This document shows, piece after piece, positions 1 to 13,840 of a stretch of DNA of 64,000 nucleotides. A program made the position numbers and the translations under genes. Source of the DNA: Geosiphon pyriformis uo1. Lineage: Eukaryota; Fungi; Glomeromycota. The notes beneath the pieces were generated by a model, which saw nothing but the letters and a program-made list of their open reading frames with translations, was not told where the DNA came from and made no database searches. The stretch covers positions 1,991,538 through 2,055,537 of the forward strand of contig JAAOMT010000128.1 of assembly GCA_016748015.1 (NCBI GenBank). Reading direction: 5' to 3'. Within the stretch, counting starts at the first letter, position 1. Every line of letters starts with the position of its first letter.

Positions 1-3000
1 ATTTAACAAGTGTAGCCCAACCACTACCTAAACTATAACAATATACAAAATCCTATATTAAGTATGATTCATGCACTTTCTATATATGACAGCCACTTGA
101 GCCAATCAAGGCAACACTAGACATCTAGACCACTAATTACTAAGAAGTTACTTAAAAAACTGAAGTGTGCACTGAGTAGACAAGAATGTAAACCATAACA
201 TATGTGAATACCTAACCTGATACCAAAATCAAAGATCACACTGGGAGACCACAAGAAAGCCGGACCAGATACCACCAATATTATGAATTCATTATATAAC
301 AAAAGACCATGTTTCTTATAAAGCACTCTCAATTTGGTAGTTGGCAGCCACATGGTGAATCTATGACCCTCAGCAAAGCTTCAGACTAAACCAATTACTA
401 GAAACTTATTATTAGAGCCACCATCCAGCAGACAGACCATATTATTTATCCAATTCTTCAAAACAAAGCCCTTGGCTAAGGACATATATAAATAATCCAA
501 CAACTCAGCCTCTTATAGAAATCAAATCACCATACTATCAGCAGCAAGAACACCAAGCAACTTAATCCAACAATCAATAGTTTTTGAAATCAACTCATTT
601 TTAGCACCAGCATTATGAATGCAAGAGAACATGTGATTAGAATTCTCAAACAACCCACACTGGATACATAGCATGCTCAGATAATCTGAATCATAAAGCC
701 TCTTCCTCTTGGCTACAAGAAGGCAATTGTGCATGACTTTCATGAAATAGAATTGAAGACACACAGAAGAGTAGCTGGTAAAGCCTGATTGAAACTGACT
801 ATTAGGATGTCATACACTAAATATATATTGCATATTAATTTCATTGTGTAGTGTACTTTCTACAGCATAAACCACACATTTGGCTTCCCAACCAACAAAG
901 CTTACAGCATCAAAAAGACACTTGACAAAATAGTAAGCATTTTCAGAAACAGGTTTTTCTTTAATAAACAAAAACCAGCAGGACATTTCAACAAATAACA
1001 CAATGTCAGAACCAGTGGCAACATTGGCCAATAAATCAATATACTCATTGTTATAAACCCAGAGTGGCCCTTAACTTTGTTCCAAGCTACTAACAAGTTC
1101 TTTAATGCAATGATCTGCTGGATTTATTCCCTTTCAATCCAATATTTATCACAAAAATTGAGACCAGTAAAATTTTTATAAAAAATACAAGCATCCAAAA
1201 ATGCCTAACTGTCTATAAAAAGAGTAACCAAACTGAAAACAAAAATGCACTTTAAAGCAAAGGTGATAGCATATAGTTCAGTCAGGGTTGACGAAAGCAA
1301 ATCATTCATTCCAATTCCCATACCATCATCAATATTAGGAAAATAAGCAGCAGTACCACTGTAAGCACCTATAGAACCCAAATTTTTAACTGAGCCATTA
1401 GTATAAACCACCACACTATCTGAAGTATTCTCAAAAAATATTTACTGATAGAACTTAGATTAATTCAGGAACTATCAAGAGCTGGATCAGAAGCTAAGAC
1501 ACAACCATCAACTAAACCACCATTCCCAATAAATATCATTAACACACTAAACTAACCAGGAACCAGACCTTTCAAATTCAGTCTTTTCCATCTACAAAAA
1601 TTACTTCACATAAAACACATGCTGTAACAGTCCAAAAGCTGGTTTGTAAAAATAATGCCAAACTTCTTTAGCAAATTAACCACACTTATATACTGATCCA
1701 AACCCAAAATGTCAGCAACAGATATGCCACTACCAGTCCAGAAAACATTCAGCAAAACATTGCCCAAGAAGAACTTGCATGACACCAAAATGTTGGTTAT
1801 ACCAGCTAAAAATGAGTTTACAGAATCCAATAACAACACAACCAGAAAACTAATAGGTTGTTGAAACATTCAATTGACTGCCTGCAGATCCATCATCCTG
1901 TGTTTAAAAAATCTGCCAAGAACGTCTTTTGAATTGGCAAACAGTACCAAATTAGCCAAAAAGTTTTTGGCTTGCAATTGCCTAAAAGTCTTGAGGTTAT
2001 ATAACTCAGGATGTGAAATGGCTTTATTAGAGAAATCTTTGGGCAAGTTGGCCTTAAGCTTCAGACTTTTTTTTAGCAGCCTATTCCATTTTTCACAAAT
2101 ATTCACAGAAGCATAACTAAACTGCAATCTATATTCAATTATAAGTTGTAAAACAGCAAACACCAAATAGAGAAATTGTTTATCAGAGACTGCTTTCCTC
2201 AGGACCAAGTTGACAAAAAATTTCACATCTAACTGGGCTTTGGCAAGGCTGGGCTTTAAAAGACCATAGGTAAATAAAAAAATTCTTAAGTATCTATAAG
2301 CCTTGTCTTTCTTAGCAATTAAAATATCTGAACCACTAATTGTCAAATAAGAAGCCTCAACTCTGTGATTAATAAATATAGCTACCATCTTTTCAGTATT
2401 AATTGAAATGTTATTGAGATAAAAAAATTTGCTAGCTATGTCCAAAATATGCTGGGTAGCAGTCATGCTATTTCCAACCCAAATAGTATTATTCACAAAT
2501 GCCCTTACAGCCAAATATAATATTAAACCACCCTTTTAATCTCACTTGTCAGTTCATGTAAAAAATTTTGAGTCTAGCCAGTATCTAAACAAACTCTTAT
2601 GTCTCTTAATCTTATACAGCAAAAAATCATAAAAAATTCTCCATAACAAAGATGAGAACACCTCATCCTGATCCAGACTATCGTGAACAATGTATTTATC
2701 AGTGAATCCAAAATCTGTCATCATTTAATTAATGCAGTTATTATGTATACTCCCAAAAAACTCAATGAAATAGGAACACATTTTAATTTTAACCAAGTTA
2801 TCCCTTAAGTGAGACCACCCAACTGAGTCATAGGCTTTATGCATATCCTGAAGAACAAGCCACAGCTCGCAATTCTTCACTAGTGCATTTTCAATAACAA
2901 AACCTACAGCAAAAATTGGGGTTTAAGTGGAAGTATCCTTCAAAACTGAAAAATTATCTCCACGCAGCATATCATAATTGCTACAAGCCAAGGAAATCCT

Positions 3001-6000
3001 ATCAAACAGAATTTTGGACAAAATCTTCCTAGCCATTTCTACCAATGTTATTGGTCTTATATTAGTAAGAATCTCCTCCCAATCATAAAACTTTGGTATC
3101 ATAGAAATCCAGGCTCTTTTCCATTGTTTAGGAATTATACCAGATTTTAAACACTCATTCAAAATGTTTAACAAGCCACTGAAAACCTGCTGGTCACCAT
3201 GTTTCCAAAGCTCATTAAGAAAACCAAAAAGACCAGCAGTCTTCTTATCAGGCAGAAACTTGACTATCTGCAAAAACTCATCAAACCCAATATCACACAT
3301 AATGTCTGAAAAAACCATATTATTGATATAATTAAAAAGAGCATATTGGTTGAGCCAGCAAGCAGGAATGAAATTAGGCACCAAATACTTTCTTATCCAT
3401 CCTTCCATGATATTATTGACCAATAATTTGACTATCTAAGGTTTCAAAACAAGCTCATCATCTACTACTAAATGATTAAGTATTACTTTTTAAACAGAAC
3501 AATCCAGAACACTTCTAATCATTCTATTCTTATCAGAACAAAAATTTTCCATATATTTGTCAATAGTTTTCCTAATGGAATTATCTCTGGCAGCCTTGAA
3601 TTCATAGTATTTGGACTTGTGATAACTTTTCTTAACACTTAACAGATAATGTAAGACAACACCAGAACAAACACTACTCTCAATCAGGCCACAAACTTTA
3701 ACAGTTTTCCCTTCATTAATGGTAGCCCATGTGTTGATAAGACAAGCAGCTCTCAAAACTTGATTAAAGCTTACATTTCTCACTAGCTTTGCCATCAACA
3801 ATTCAAGTCTAACAAACTTCGATGACTGTTTATTTACTGAGACATTGGACCCAGAAAATCACAACTTAGAAAAAACCTCATCAGCAAAAACCACCACCAT
3901 CTCTTTTAGAATCTCTCACATTGAGTCCAAATTTCTATAACACTTAGCACTATTGAAAATGCCTATTCTCTTCAAAAATATGTCTAAAAAACAACTTCTA
4001 AATTGCAACCAATTCTTATCATTAGCATTCTTGATTCAGAATTTCTATCTATCTCTGTTTGCTTGTTTGCATACACTGTTAAGATATACATTCAGGAAAC
4101 CACCCAAACCAACTGCTATTAATACCACTTTGTAATTAATATCAAAAAATTCAGAAACTGGCTTTACTTTATGGCCAGCAACAGCAGATGTCAAACTGTG
4201 AGTAACAAAAATGAAGTTAATAACCTTCTCCATGCTTTTAAAATTGCTCCAAGTATATGATTTGGCTAATGAATGTCCATAAAAAGAGTTGACCAACTCC
4301 AAATTCATGCAAAACTTGAAACTTGCACTTCTTTTAGTACTATCTTTATTGAAATCTCCATCCACTACCACAAAAGTGCTGGAATTGACAACTTTGACAA
4401 TAAAAAAATTAATCTTAAATGCTTGATCATATCTTGTCTCAGCAGATGCACCAACATATAATCCCAAAATTGTAACAGATAATTTCCTCTTAAATAAAAG
4501 CCTAATAGAAATAATTTGTCCAAAAACTTCCTTAATTTTAGAAATATGACAGACCAAAGAATTGTTCATAATAATAGCCACTCCAACACCAAAAAAACTC
4601 TTGTCCAAACCAGAAGAGAAAATTTGCGCCCCTTCAAATTTGTTTATAATCCAAGGTCTAATACTAGGCTTTAATTTTGTTTCTGTAACAATTGAAATTA
4701 TGTTACCTGAATTCACATGCCAATGCACAATATTATCTTGCTTAGTTGGAACATTAATGCTGTGAACATTACATGTAGCTATTTTCCAAACCAAATCATT
4801 CATTGAGACAAAAAAGACATCAGAGAACCTGAGCCAGCACACAACTGATCTAATTTCACCAAAACTGAATTTACAAAGGCCTCAAAAACCACAAATTTTG
4901 ACTCTAAACTGCTCATCTTGGCTGTCAAAACTTTTGAACTATTAGGAGACATTAAAAACAGCATGAAAAAGAGATGAAAAGACTAATTCAGAACCATTCA
5001 AAATTATGCCTTGGCCCAAATCCAAACTAATAGTTATTAGAACAGCTGATACATTAGGATGAAGAAGGAGAGCCAAGGGCACTAATTTTATGCCACTTAA
5101 TTTTTGCACAATGCTAAAAACTTGATCCACTAAAAGCTTCAAGGAATATTTCAAAGAGGCCAACCAATCATTCAAAGCTAAATCATTAGCCGAAACAAGA
5201 AGGAAATTACCATCCAAACCAAAAGTGCCAGTGGGAGGAAACCAAAACTGGACCCAGAACCAGAACTAAGAGAAGAGCTACCTGAGGCTGATTTGAGTAA
5301 AACTATCTGAGCCCAAGACTTGCCACCAAAGACAGCAAGATGAGAAATTGGAACATACTTCTTAACATACAATCTAGCAAGCTAAAGATGAGTTTCTTCC
5401 AAGATAACTCTTTTATAAGATCTTTGAAGAAATAAAACTAACACATCTAAAGAATCACATTCAAGAGCAGAATGCCCAAAATGGCTGTATCTTTCACAAT
5501 GAACCAAATCTATCCTAGCCCATGAAAATCTGACACCACCAAAAATTGGATTTATGTGAAATGCAGATTCCAGGTTCTTATCTGAATTGAAACCAATTAT
5601 AGCACAGCAAACCCAGTTGTCAATAACAAGAAAGTGATTGATAACACATGTTTTTTCATCAGTCTTTTCCAACAAAATTCCTAAATTATAAGCTGTTGTT
5701 TCTACAGACAGAGTAAACAAAAACACCTTAAAGCAATTCTTAAACATCCAAGTATCCTAATCTCTCATGACCATAGCCACATGCACTGAGTCCTTTCCAA
5801 TAAAAAAAAACCATTTTGATGCAAGTTGCTTTGCCTGCTCCAATTTGGCAAATTCCACTACAGCCTTCTGCCACATCCCAATCAGTTAGATCTTGATCAA
5901 CTTAATATTACCAAACTCAAATACTATAGCAATGATCATCTTCTTTGGCATATTCATGGGAATTTTTTTGATTACTATGGCCCAATTTGAATGAATTTTT

Positions 6001-6795
6001 TGTTTTTTGAGATCATTGTTTACAATAATCTCTTTTTCTCTGGCCAATGCTATAGCCTTAATTAAGCTCTCCTCAGAAGTAAATATCAATCAGATAATTC
6101 CTTCAAATTTTAAGGGGGTAGTGGCCTTTCCAAAACCATTGATTGTTGAAAAAAATTTTCTGATGAGTTGGGTTTTTGTCATTACCAATTTCCCTTCTAT
6201 AGCTGAGAGATTAATGTTCAAAGCAAATGATTTCCTAACTGAGACCTCCACCTGAGTCTTGACAATTTTGGAGTCAACCCACTTTTTATCCAGAGAAATT
6301 GAAAGACAAGAAGGAAGTGATACTTCTTTATCATTATCTATATCAAAGTTAGAAAAACCAAATAAGGAACCAAAAACAGCACCAGTATTGACATGCTTTG
6401 CTTTAGAAGTATTGGCAGCCAAATCCAGAAGAGACTCAGCATTGATGTCAGTCATATTAGTATTTTCTTTATCACCAAACAAACTATTCACATCAGAAAA
6501 CACATTGTTACCAAGTTCAGACTTGTTTAAAGAGATATCTTTTTTATCACCAAAGTATTTAACATTCCCAAGCACAACTTTCTTTTTCTGTAAGAAGAAA
6601 CCACCTGCAAAACCATGAAAAGCACTTTTTAATGCCTTTTTTTTAGATATGTTGCTATTAAAAGCAGCTTCCAAGTTTATGAAAAAGGGGTTATTAAAAA
6701 GAGAAATTATGAAATACTAACAAGGAGAAAAAAAATAAAAAACTTCTTCAGAAAAGTGCTTTTTGAGAATTTGTGGATGTAAAAAAGAAAGAAGT
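1..6795 (-). mobile_element. Non-LTR retrotransposon (LINE) copy 1, near full length, inactivated; poly(A) tail cut by the window edge
   Basis: ORF1 fragments 4.8-6.67 kb with degenerate Zn knuckle CERYSHFGHSALEC. ORF2 from ATG 4803: APE (KIATCNVHS, TETKL, GDFN), RT (RPITLVE, AFVNN for AFVDD), RNase H (VYTNGS, KVKGHSG), Zn finger (CIQC..NHMFSC). 3' UTR at 1-116 and 5' end motif at ~6740-6795 match copies 2-4. Confidence 0.95.
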
Positions 6796-6935
6796 TTTTT
6801 TATATTAAAATAATTTATTAAAATTTATATTTATTTATAAAAATTAATAAATATTTTAATAAAAACAAAAAATTTAATAATATAAAATAATATATAATAA
6901 AAATTTATATATTTTTTACAATAAATAAATATCTA

Positions 6936-6938
<3 letters not shown>

Positions 6939-6976
<38 letters not shown>
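6939..6976. repeat. (TAA)n microsatellite, about 12 units
   Basis: Read directly from the sequence. Confidence 0.9.
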
Positions 6977-7206
6977 TTTTTTATATTTGAAATAAAAATT
7001 TTTTTTATAAAAACAATTTTTTTCTTTAAACTTAAAATAATTAATTCAAACCAATTTTTCTTATTTATTATAATTTTTTTTTTCTTTTATTTAACGAGTG
7101 AGATCCAAACACAACCTAGCACTATACATCAAGGAATCGATCTAAATTAGGCATAAATCATGTACTATCTACACATGACTAGCTGCTCAGGCCAATCAGA
7201 ACAACA

Positions 7207-10200
7207 CTATGCAGCTATATGAACTAATACCGAATTACCTATACCTGAAAAGAACAAGCAAGACTTGCGAAAACCAAAATAAACATCTAAAGCATTAGTA
7301 ACACCAAGTAACCTAACTACTCCTGCAGAGAACCTCGAAGCCAAACCATGAACTGAGATGACGGCTGAACCATCTAGTAGGATCAGTCTATTTTTCTCCA
7401 TATATGCACAATGTTTAGCACAAACTGACCAGACATCCTCTTTGAAAGCAAGACCAAAAGAGTGCACAAACTTGACAGTCTCCAAAACAGTAATCTTGGG
7501 GTCATGAAAGATGGAAACAGCCTCGCAAAACCACCCATTGAAAACAAAGCCCTTAAAAAGAGCCATGGACACAGAGGAATCAGAAACACTGGACGATAAC
7601 AGCTGCAATATACCTGAGGAAGAATGAGATGAACCAGAAATTGCCTTCCAGGACCCTACATGAGACTCCAACAACTGGCGTCTAACAAACCTGTCAACTT
7701 TGTAAGAGAACACATGATTTGACACCTCCACCTCACCACAATACAAGCACAACACACTAGGATAATGTCTATTGTAGAGGCGCTTTCGAACAGCAACTGG
7801 CAGCCGATAGTGTAAAGACTTCATAAAGTAAGAACGTACACTGAACGTAGATCTGCTGGTGAAACCTGCTGCCATGTGCAAATCAGGATGCCATACCAAC
7901 AATGAGCGAGGCCAATCAACCTCAGAAGACAAGCTGCCCACCAAAACCCCAGAATCAGAACCAACCTTCTACTGTGCATGACAAATAAAACAATAAATAT
8001 CACGTACAAAATGTCTCGAATTTCCAGAAACAATACCACCATCAGCTGACAAGAAATGCTCACTCAAGCGAAGAGGAAAATACCAATTGGAGAGAGAAGT
8101 GGCACCAGCAATCGCATTAGCACACTTGTTTCCTGAAACACCAGAATAACTTTTTACCTTGTGAAAGCTAACCCTCAACTTCTTACTGTAAATCACGTTG
8201 ACAATATGACAATGTTCGACCCAATACTGATTACGATAATTGGGATACACCAGATCCAACTCTGACCTGCAAGCATCCAAAGCCGATTGACTATCTGAGA
8301 ACAAACAAACCAAGCTTGATGAGAGAACACACTCCATAGCCAAGACAATGGCCTGCAATTCCGCCAAAATAGACGACATCAAACCCAACACACTGACGCC
8401 CAAACCCAAACCAATGTCTTCAAAAAAAACAACAGCACCTGCTCTACAGCCAACTGTGCCTAAATTACTAAGGAACCCATCCGTATATACTAACAGGCTG
8501 CTAGCACTGGTCGCCAAGAGACGATCACAAACAGAAACAAAATCACCAGACTCAAGAATGTTCAAAGGCCCACTATCACCCAAAACTAAAGACTGAGCGT
8601 GAGAAGATCCCACACTATTGAGAAACAAAACAGAAAGCTTGAACCACTTAGGAACTGGGCCACAGGGGTCCAATCTCTTCCACCACTTGAAAGTGTACCA
8701 ACTAAAGACAGCACCATGATGGTCACAAAGTTGATCCACAAAGGCAATACCATACCACCAAAGGGAAGGGAGAAACCTGAGAAATTTTGACTCGTCCAGA
8801 ACTTCAGACATAGGCACTCCACCATGAGACTGAAAGGAACTAACAAAAGAGCCACCCAAAGACACACTGCAATCGAGAAAAACACGAACCATGCCTGCCA
8901 GAAAGTTATTAGATGCACTGACACAAATACAAACAGGAGAACTCAACGGATGAACAGAGTGCCAACACAGAACTTGCAAGTCATGAGATCTGTAGGAAAA
9001 CAAATGATCCAAGATACCATCAGAGTTTGCAAAACTGACAAGAGAAGCAACCTTGCTCTTAGATTGAACTTAAAAAAATGACTTCAAACCATAAAATGAA
9101 GGGTAATAAATTGCATCATTAGGGAAATCAAGTGGCAAACCAGACTTGAGCTTCAAGCCTTTACAAATTAGAGCATCCCACTTGTTGCACATGCTAACAG
9201 AAATAAAACTGAACTGAGTTCTATAGCTGACTATTGGATGCAGAACTGCTGACACCAAATACAAGAACTGCTTATCTGAAACTGCCTTCCTCAACACCAG
9301 ATTGGTAAAAAAGCGAATGTCTGAATGCGCCTTAATCAAGCTAGGCTTCGAAAGACCCTCAGTCGATATAAAAATGCCCAGATATCAATAAGATTCTCCC
9401 TTTTTTGCAATAGAAATAGGTGAACTGCTGATAGAAAGAGAGGGATTGCTAACCCTGCTATTGATGGAAATGGCTACCGTTTTGTCATTATTAATAGAGA
9501 TGTCATTGACACGAAAAAATTCACTAGCAACATTGAGAATATGTTGAGTAGCCATCTGACTGCTGCCAACCCAAATCGTATCATCAACAAAAGCACTAGT
9601 GATGAAAAAAGAAGAAAACCCGGTCTGGGATTCGAAATAACCATTCTTGGAAACAAAGTGAGAATTCAACCTATACCCACATATACTCTCCTGTCTTTTA
9701 ACTTCGCACAAAAGAGGATCATAAAATATGTGCCAGAGAAGAGGAGAAAAGATCTCTCTCTGGTCCAAACCATTGTGCACATGATAACCACTAGTCAATC
9801 CAAAATCAGTCATGACTCAGTTGGTATGATCCCCATGAATACTACTAAAAAACCGAATAAATTTGCTACACATCTTAACCCTGACCAAATTCTTCTCGAG
9901 ATGCTCCCAGCCAACTGAGTCATACACCTTCTGCATGTTCTGTAAAACCAGCCAGAGCTCCCTGTTTTTTTCCAAAGCATCCTTAACCACCGAATCAACT
10001 GCAAAAATAGGAGACTGGGTTGTTGTGTCCTTAAGAACCAAAAAATTGTCCCCCCAAAGTACGTCAAAAGTACTGCATACCAAAGAAATCCTGTCAAAGA
10101 GGATCTTGGAAAGAATCTTGCGAGCCATTTTGATTAAGGCAATAAGACGTGTGTTTGTCAAAACATTTTCCCACTCATAAGGTTTGGGAATCATTGAGAC

Positions 10201-11895
10201 TCATGCTTCCTTCCAAGGGCTGGGCACTGATTCACTAGACAAACAAGAGTTCAAGAGCACCAACAATAAATCTAAAACCGACCTATTACAATGTTTCCAA
10301 AGCTCATTTGAAATACCCGACAAACCAGCCGCTTTACTATTCGGAAGATCAGAAACCACTCCAAGGAACTCATCATACTCAATCGAACACATGACACCAG
10401 AAAAGGCTCCATCAAAAACATACTCCAATGGCCAATATTAGAGGTGCCAATCATCCGAGACATTATTAATTACCCAACACTTCCTCATCCAACCTTCTAT
10501 GATTTCATCTACCCTTGATTTGACAGATTCAGGCTCTAAAACCAACTCATCTCCCACAACCAGATGATCTAAGACCATCTTGCAAAAGGAACACTCCAAA
10601 ACACTCTTAATAGTGTGACTTTTGTTTAGTTCAAAACTCTCCATCCTCTTACTAATAGCCTGCTTGATTGAAGATTCCTCAGCACGTTTAGATTCCAACA
10701 ACTTAGAAACACAGTACAACTTTCTTGCTTTGGCCAGCGCAGAACGAATGTGATCAAAACCAGAACCTGAAAGGAACAGGGACTTCACCTCTGATGAACC
10801 AGAAGAATCAAGCTTATCCCATGTCTCTAACAAAGAAGCAAAATTTTCACCAGAAACCAAGTGAGAATTCCTAACCAGCTTAGACACCAGAAGCTCCAGA
10901 CGATGAAACCTGAACGAAATTTTATTAAAAACACTATCATAACTCTTGAACCATTTTTTCTTGAATGTCCTACCAGCAGAAAGCACCACAACCTTATGAA
11001 CAATATCCCACATTGCATCCAGATCTGAAAACTGTTTAGCCGCAACAAACTCATCCAAGAACATAACAGCATTAGCAGCCATAGCATTCCTGAATTCTGA
11101 CCACTTAACCCCACTGGCATTTTTGATATCATACTTCCAACGATCCTTATTGGCCTGCTTGCACATTGAGTTCAACTGAACATCGAGCAGGCCACCCAGT
11201 CTCACAGAAACATAAACAGCCTTGTGATCAGTATCAAAATATTCCTCAACACCATCCACATCACGATTCACCACTGCACCAACCAAATTAGAAGAAACAA
11301 ACACATAGTCAATTGTCTTAGTAATACCATAAGAATTGCACCAAGTAGGTGTCTTTACAAAAAAGCTCCCTCCCAGAGAGTTAACCAAATCCAAATCAGA
11401 ACATTTCTTGAAACTGGCATATTTGTGGGAACCATTCTCATTAAAATTACCACCAAGAATAACAAAGGAGAACTCATTAACGGCTTTAGCAATGAGAGAG
11501 TTGATCTCACCAGCCTAAGAAAACCAAGTTACCACTGATGCACCAGCATAGATCCCAAAAATAGACACCGAGAGTTTATTTCTAAACAACAACTTGATAG
11601 ATAAGAGCCAATCAGACATCTCAGAAATCTTGCAGATGTGCTTTGCTAAAGAAGAATTCATGACGATTAACACCCCAGCACCCAAAGAACCAGAATTCAG
11701 ACCAGAAGTAAAAACTCAAACACCATCAAATTTGTTGGCCAACCACGGACGAACTTTCCCTTTAAGTTTTGACTCAGTGAAAATAGAAACTAAATTGTCC
11801 AAATTCCTATGCTACCGAATGACATCATCTTGCTTTGCAGGATTGTTCAATCCATGAACATTACACATAGCAATTTTCTACACCAGACCACTCAT
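7207..11895 (-). pseudogene. LINE copy 2 ORF2 (APE endonuclease - reverse transcriptase - RNase H - C-terminal Zn finger), about 1560 codons, broken by nonsense codons
   Basis: Track ORFs starting at 11394, 10428, 10194, 9813, 9339, 9012 and 7944 all share the frame of ATG 11895. Motifs: IDYVFVS, FDTDH, LQNMQKVYDSV, AFVDD, VYTDG, ELQAI, FSDSQSA, CLYCGEVEVSNHVF. Confidence 0.95.
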
Positions 11896-13700
11896 TGAGA
11901 AAAAGGTAGAGAAAGAGCACCACCTGCCAAAGCCAAACCATTCAAGCACGCTGATAGGCTTATGACTGAAGCAGAAAGACCTTCCAACATGTTTTCCAAT
12001 TTCACAACCTCAGGTGAGACAGTTGAACCTATAACGGCAGCAGTCTTGTCACTAGTGGCATCATCTAAATCCACTCCCATCACTATATCCTCCCCTTGAT
12101 TCTGTGATAAGGGGGTCATCGGCAGCTGACATCCAGGACTAGGCTGGGAAACTGCCAGCATGAATGAGTCCAATCTCTTAGCCAACTCACCAATTTGTCC
12201 CGCGAGGCTGACAAGACTGCTTTCAATATTCTTTAAACAGTCTTCCAATTCACTACTAACAGTCGGGAGAGATTTACCATAGGATACAGAACCAGATTGA
12301 GCCAAACCACTAAATGACACTAATGGAAGTAGTTTACCAACCACGGAGGCTCAGGTTTTTCTACCGAAAGCCAAAGGGCGGAAAACGGGTGCAGATTTTT
12401 TTTTATATATCTTAGCCAGAAGGAGCTGATCCTGAGCTGAGAGAGGAGCTCTCTTGCACCTAGGACTTGAGGACACACCAGCAGTACGACAAGCGAGAGA
12501 AGTATGACTGGAATTTCTGCAAATTGAGCACAGTACAGCAGTCAAATGAGACCAATGGAGACCAACACCTTTTATAACAGGAGTGTTTGCCATTGTCTGA
12601 ATAAGGCTACCCTCAGAATCAAAGCACACAGTGGCACAATGTGCTCGGACATAACTGACAGAGCTGCAGTCAATAACACATGTTTTCTCACCAACTGAAC
12701 CAATGAAGTCTTAAAGATCATGAGTGGTGGTGCCTATAGAGAGAGTGTAAAGCAAAGCCCTGAACTCATCTTTGGTGTCTCATATTTGTTTGTCAACATT
12801 GGCCCGGGCCACACGCACTGCATCTTTCCCAATAAAGACTAACCACTTAGCTGCCAAGAGATCAGTCTGAATTTGATCCTCCAATTCGATGATCACCTTT
12901 TGCCATAGACCCACCAACTGCATTTTGATCGACTTAATAAGCCCAAATTCAGAAATGGCTGCATGCACTGCCTCGATGGAAGTTCCCACAAGAATTTTTT
13001 TTAACACAATTGCCCAATTCGTACGATTGTTGATGGGGTGTTTAAGATTGGTATTTACCATAACACCATGATCATTTGCCAATTGAGCAGCCGTCATCAT
13101 CGCCTTTTCGGAAGTGAAAGATGCCCGGATGATTCCACCAAATTTTGAGGGAGCAGAGGCCTCTCCAAAACCATTCACGCCTGAGAAAATTTTTCTGACA
13201 AAGTTCAATTTCTCTTGAGATGATTTTCCAGCAACACCCACGAGATCAATATCCAAAGCAAAAGACTTGCGAACAGGCATTTGAACGGATGGTTTAATAG
13301 GCAAAGGGGGTGGGAGAAGGAAGGAACCATCTAACACATCATCGTCTATATTGACAGTACCATAATCAATCACACCCAGAGGCTTCCTTAACATCTTTTT
13401 GGTCTTTACACGCAAACTCTTAGGCATTTGATCAGGATTCCCTTCTGCGAAAGCACTATTCTCACCATAGTTAACACTGGTCTCCTCAACCAAGCACTCT
13501 TCCTTCATGTCAATACTCTCAGATTCAGTAGTATTACCCACTTCAGAACTCTATGAACAATTACCAAGAGTCTTATCAGCAACCTTACTACTATCAACAC
13601 TCTCTGCCAATACACCACCCTTCCTCTTTTTTCTCGATGCAACCATCTTAAAACCACCCTCAGAACCAGAAACTTTGATAGCCTTCTTTATAACAGCAAT
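11892..13700 (-). pseudogene. LINE copy 2 ORF1 (RRM-like region, CCHC-like knuckle, C-terminal coiled coil); start approximate
   Basis: Track ORFs starting at 13541, 12629 and 12344 are in one frame. CSICRNSSHTSLAC knuckle; heptads LEDCLKNIESSLVSLAGQIGELAKRL. The TGA stop overlaps the ORF2 ATG. Confidence 0.88.
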
Positions 13701-13840
13701 AACAGAATCAACAGTGGTCTCATAATCGAAAAATAGTTTTGATTTATCGTATTGAATGATAAAAAACTTCTTTTGAAAAAACTTTAGACTCTTTTTTGGG
13801 AATTTTGGACAAAGGAGAGAAAAAAGTTTTTTTTATTATA

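Larger units (their letters stand above)
7073..13831 (-). mobile_element. LINE copy 2, full length, least decayed; ORF1 N-terminus differs from copies 1/3/4 (different subfamily)
   Basis: Poly(T) on + at 7074-7088 is the poly(A) tail. Candidate TSD TTTATTATA at 7064-7072 and 13832-13840. APE, RT (AFVDD), RNase H and Zn finger are all present. Confidence 0.96.

Noticed and set aside
95-106. Pol III A-box-like TGGCTCAAGTGG (sense) in the LINE 3' UTR as a promoter for the mini-copies
   Set aside because: The mini-copies begin inside this motif rather than upstream of it, and I found no convincing B box.
7073-7206. Known ribozyme or tRNA in the LINE 3' UTR
   Set aside because: I could not assign a hammerhead core, HDV pseudoknot or cloverleaf by eye.
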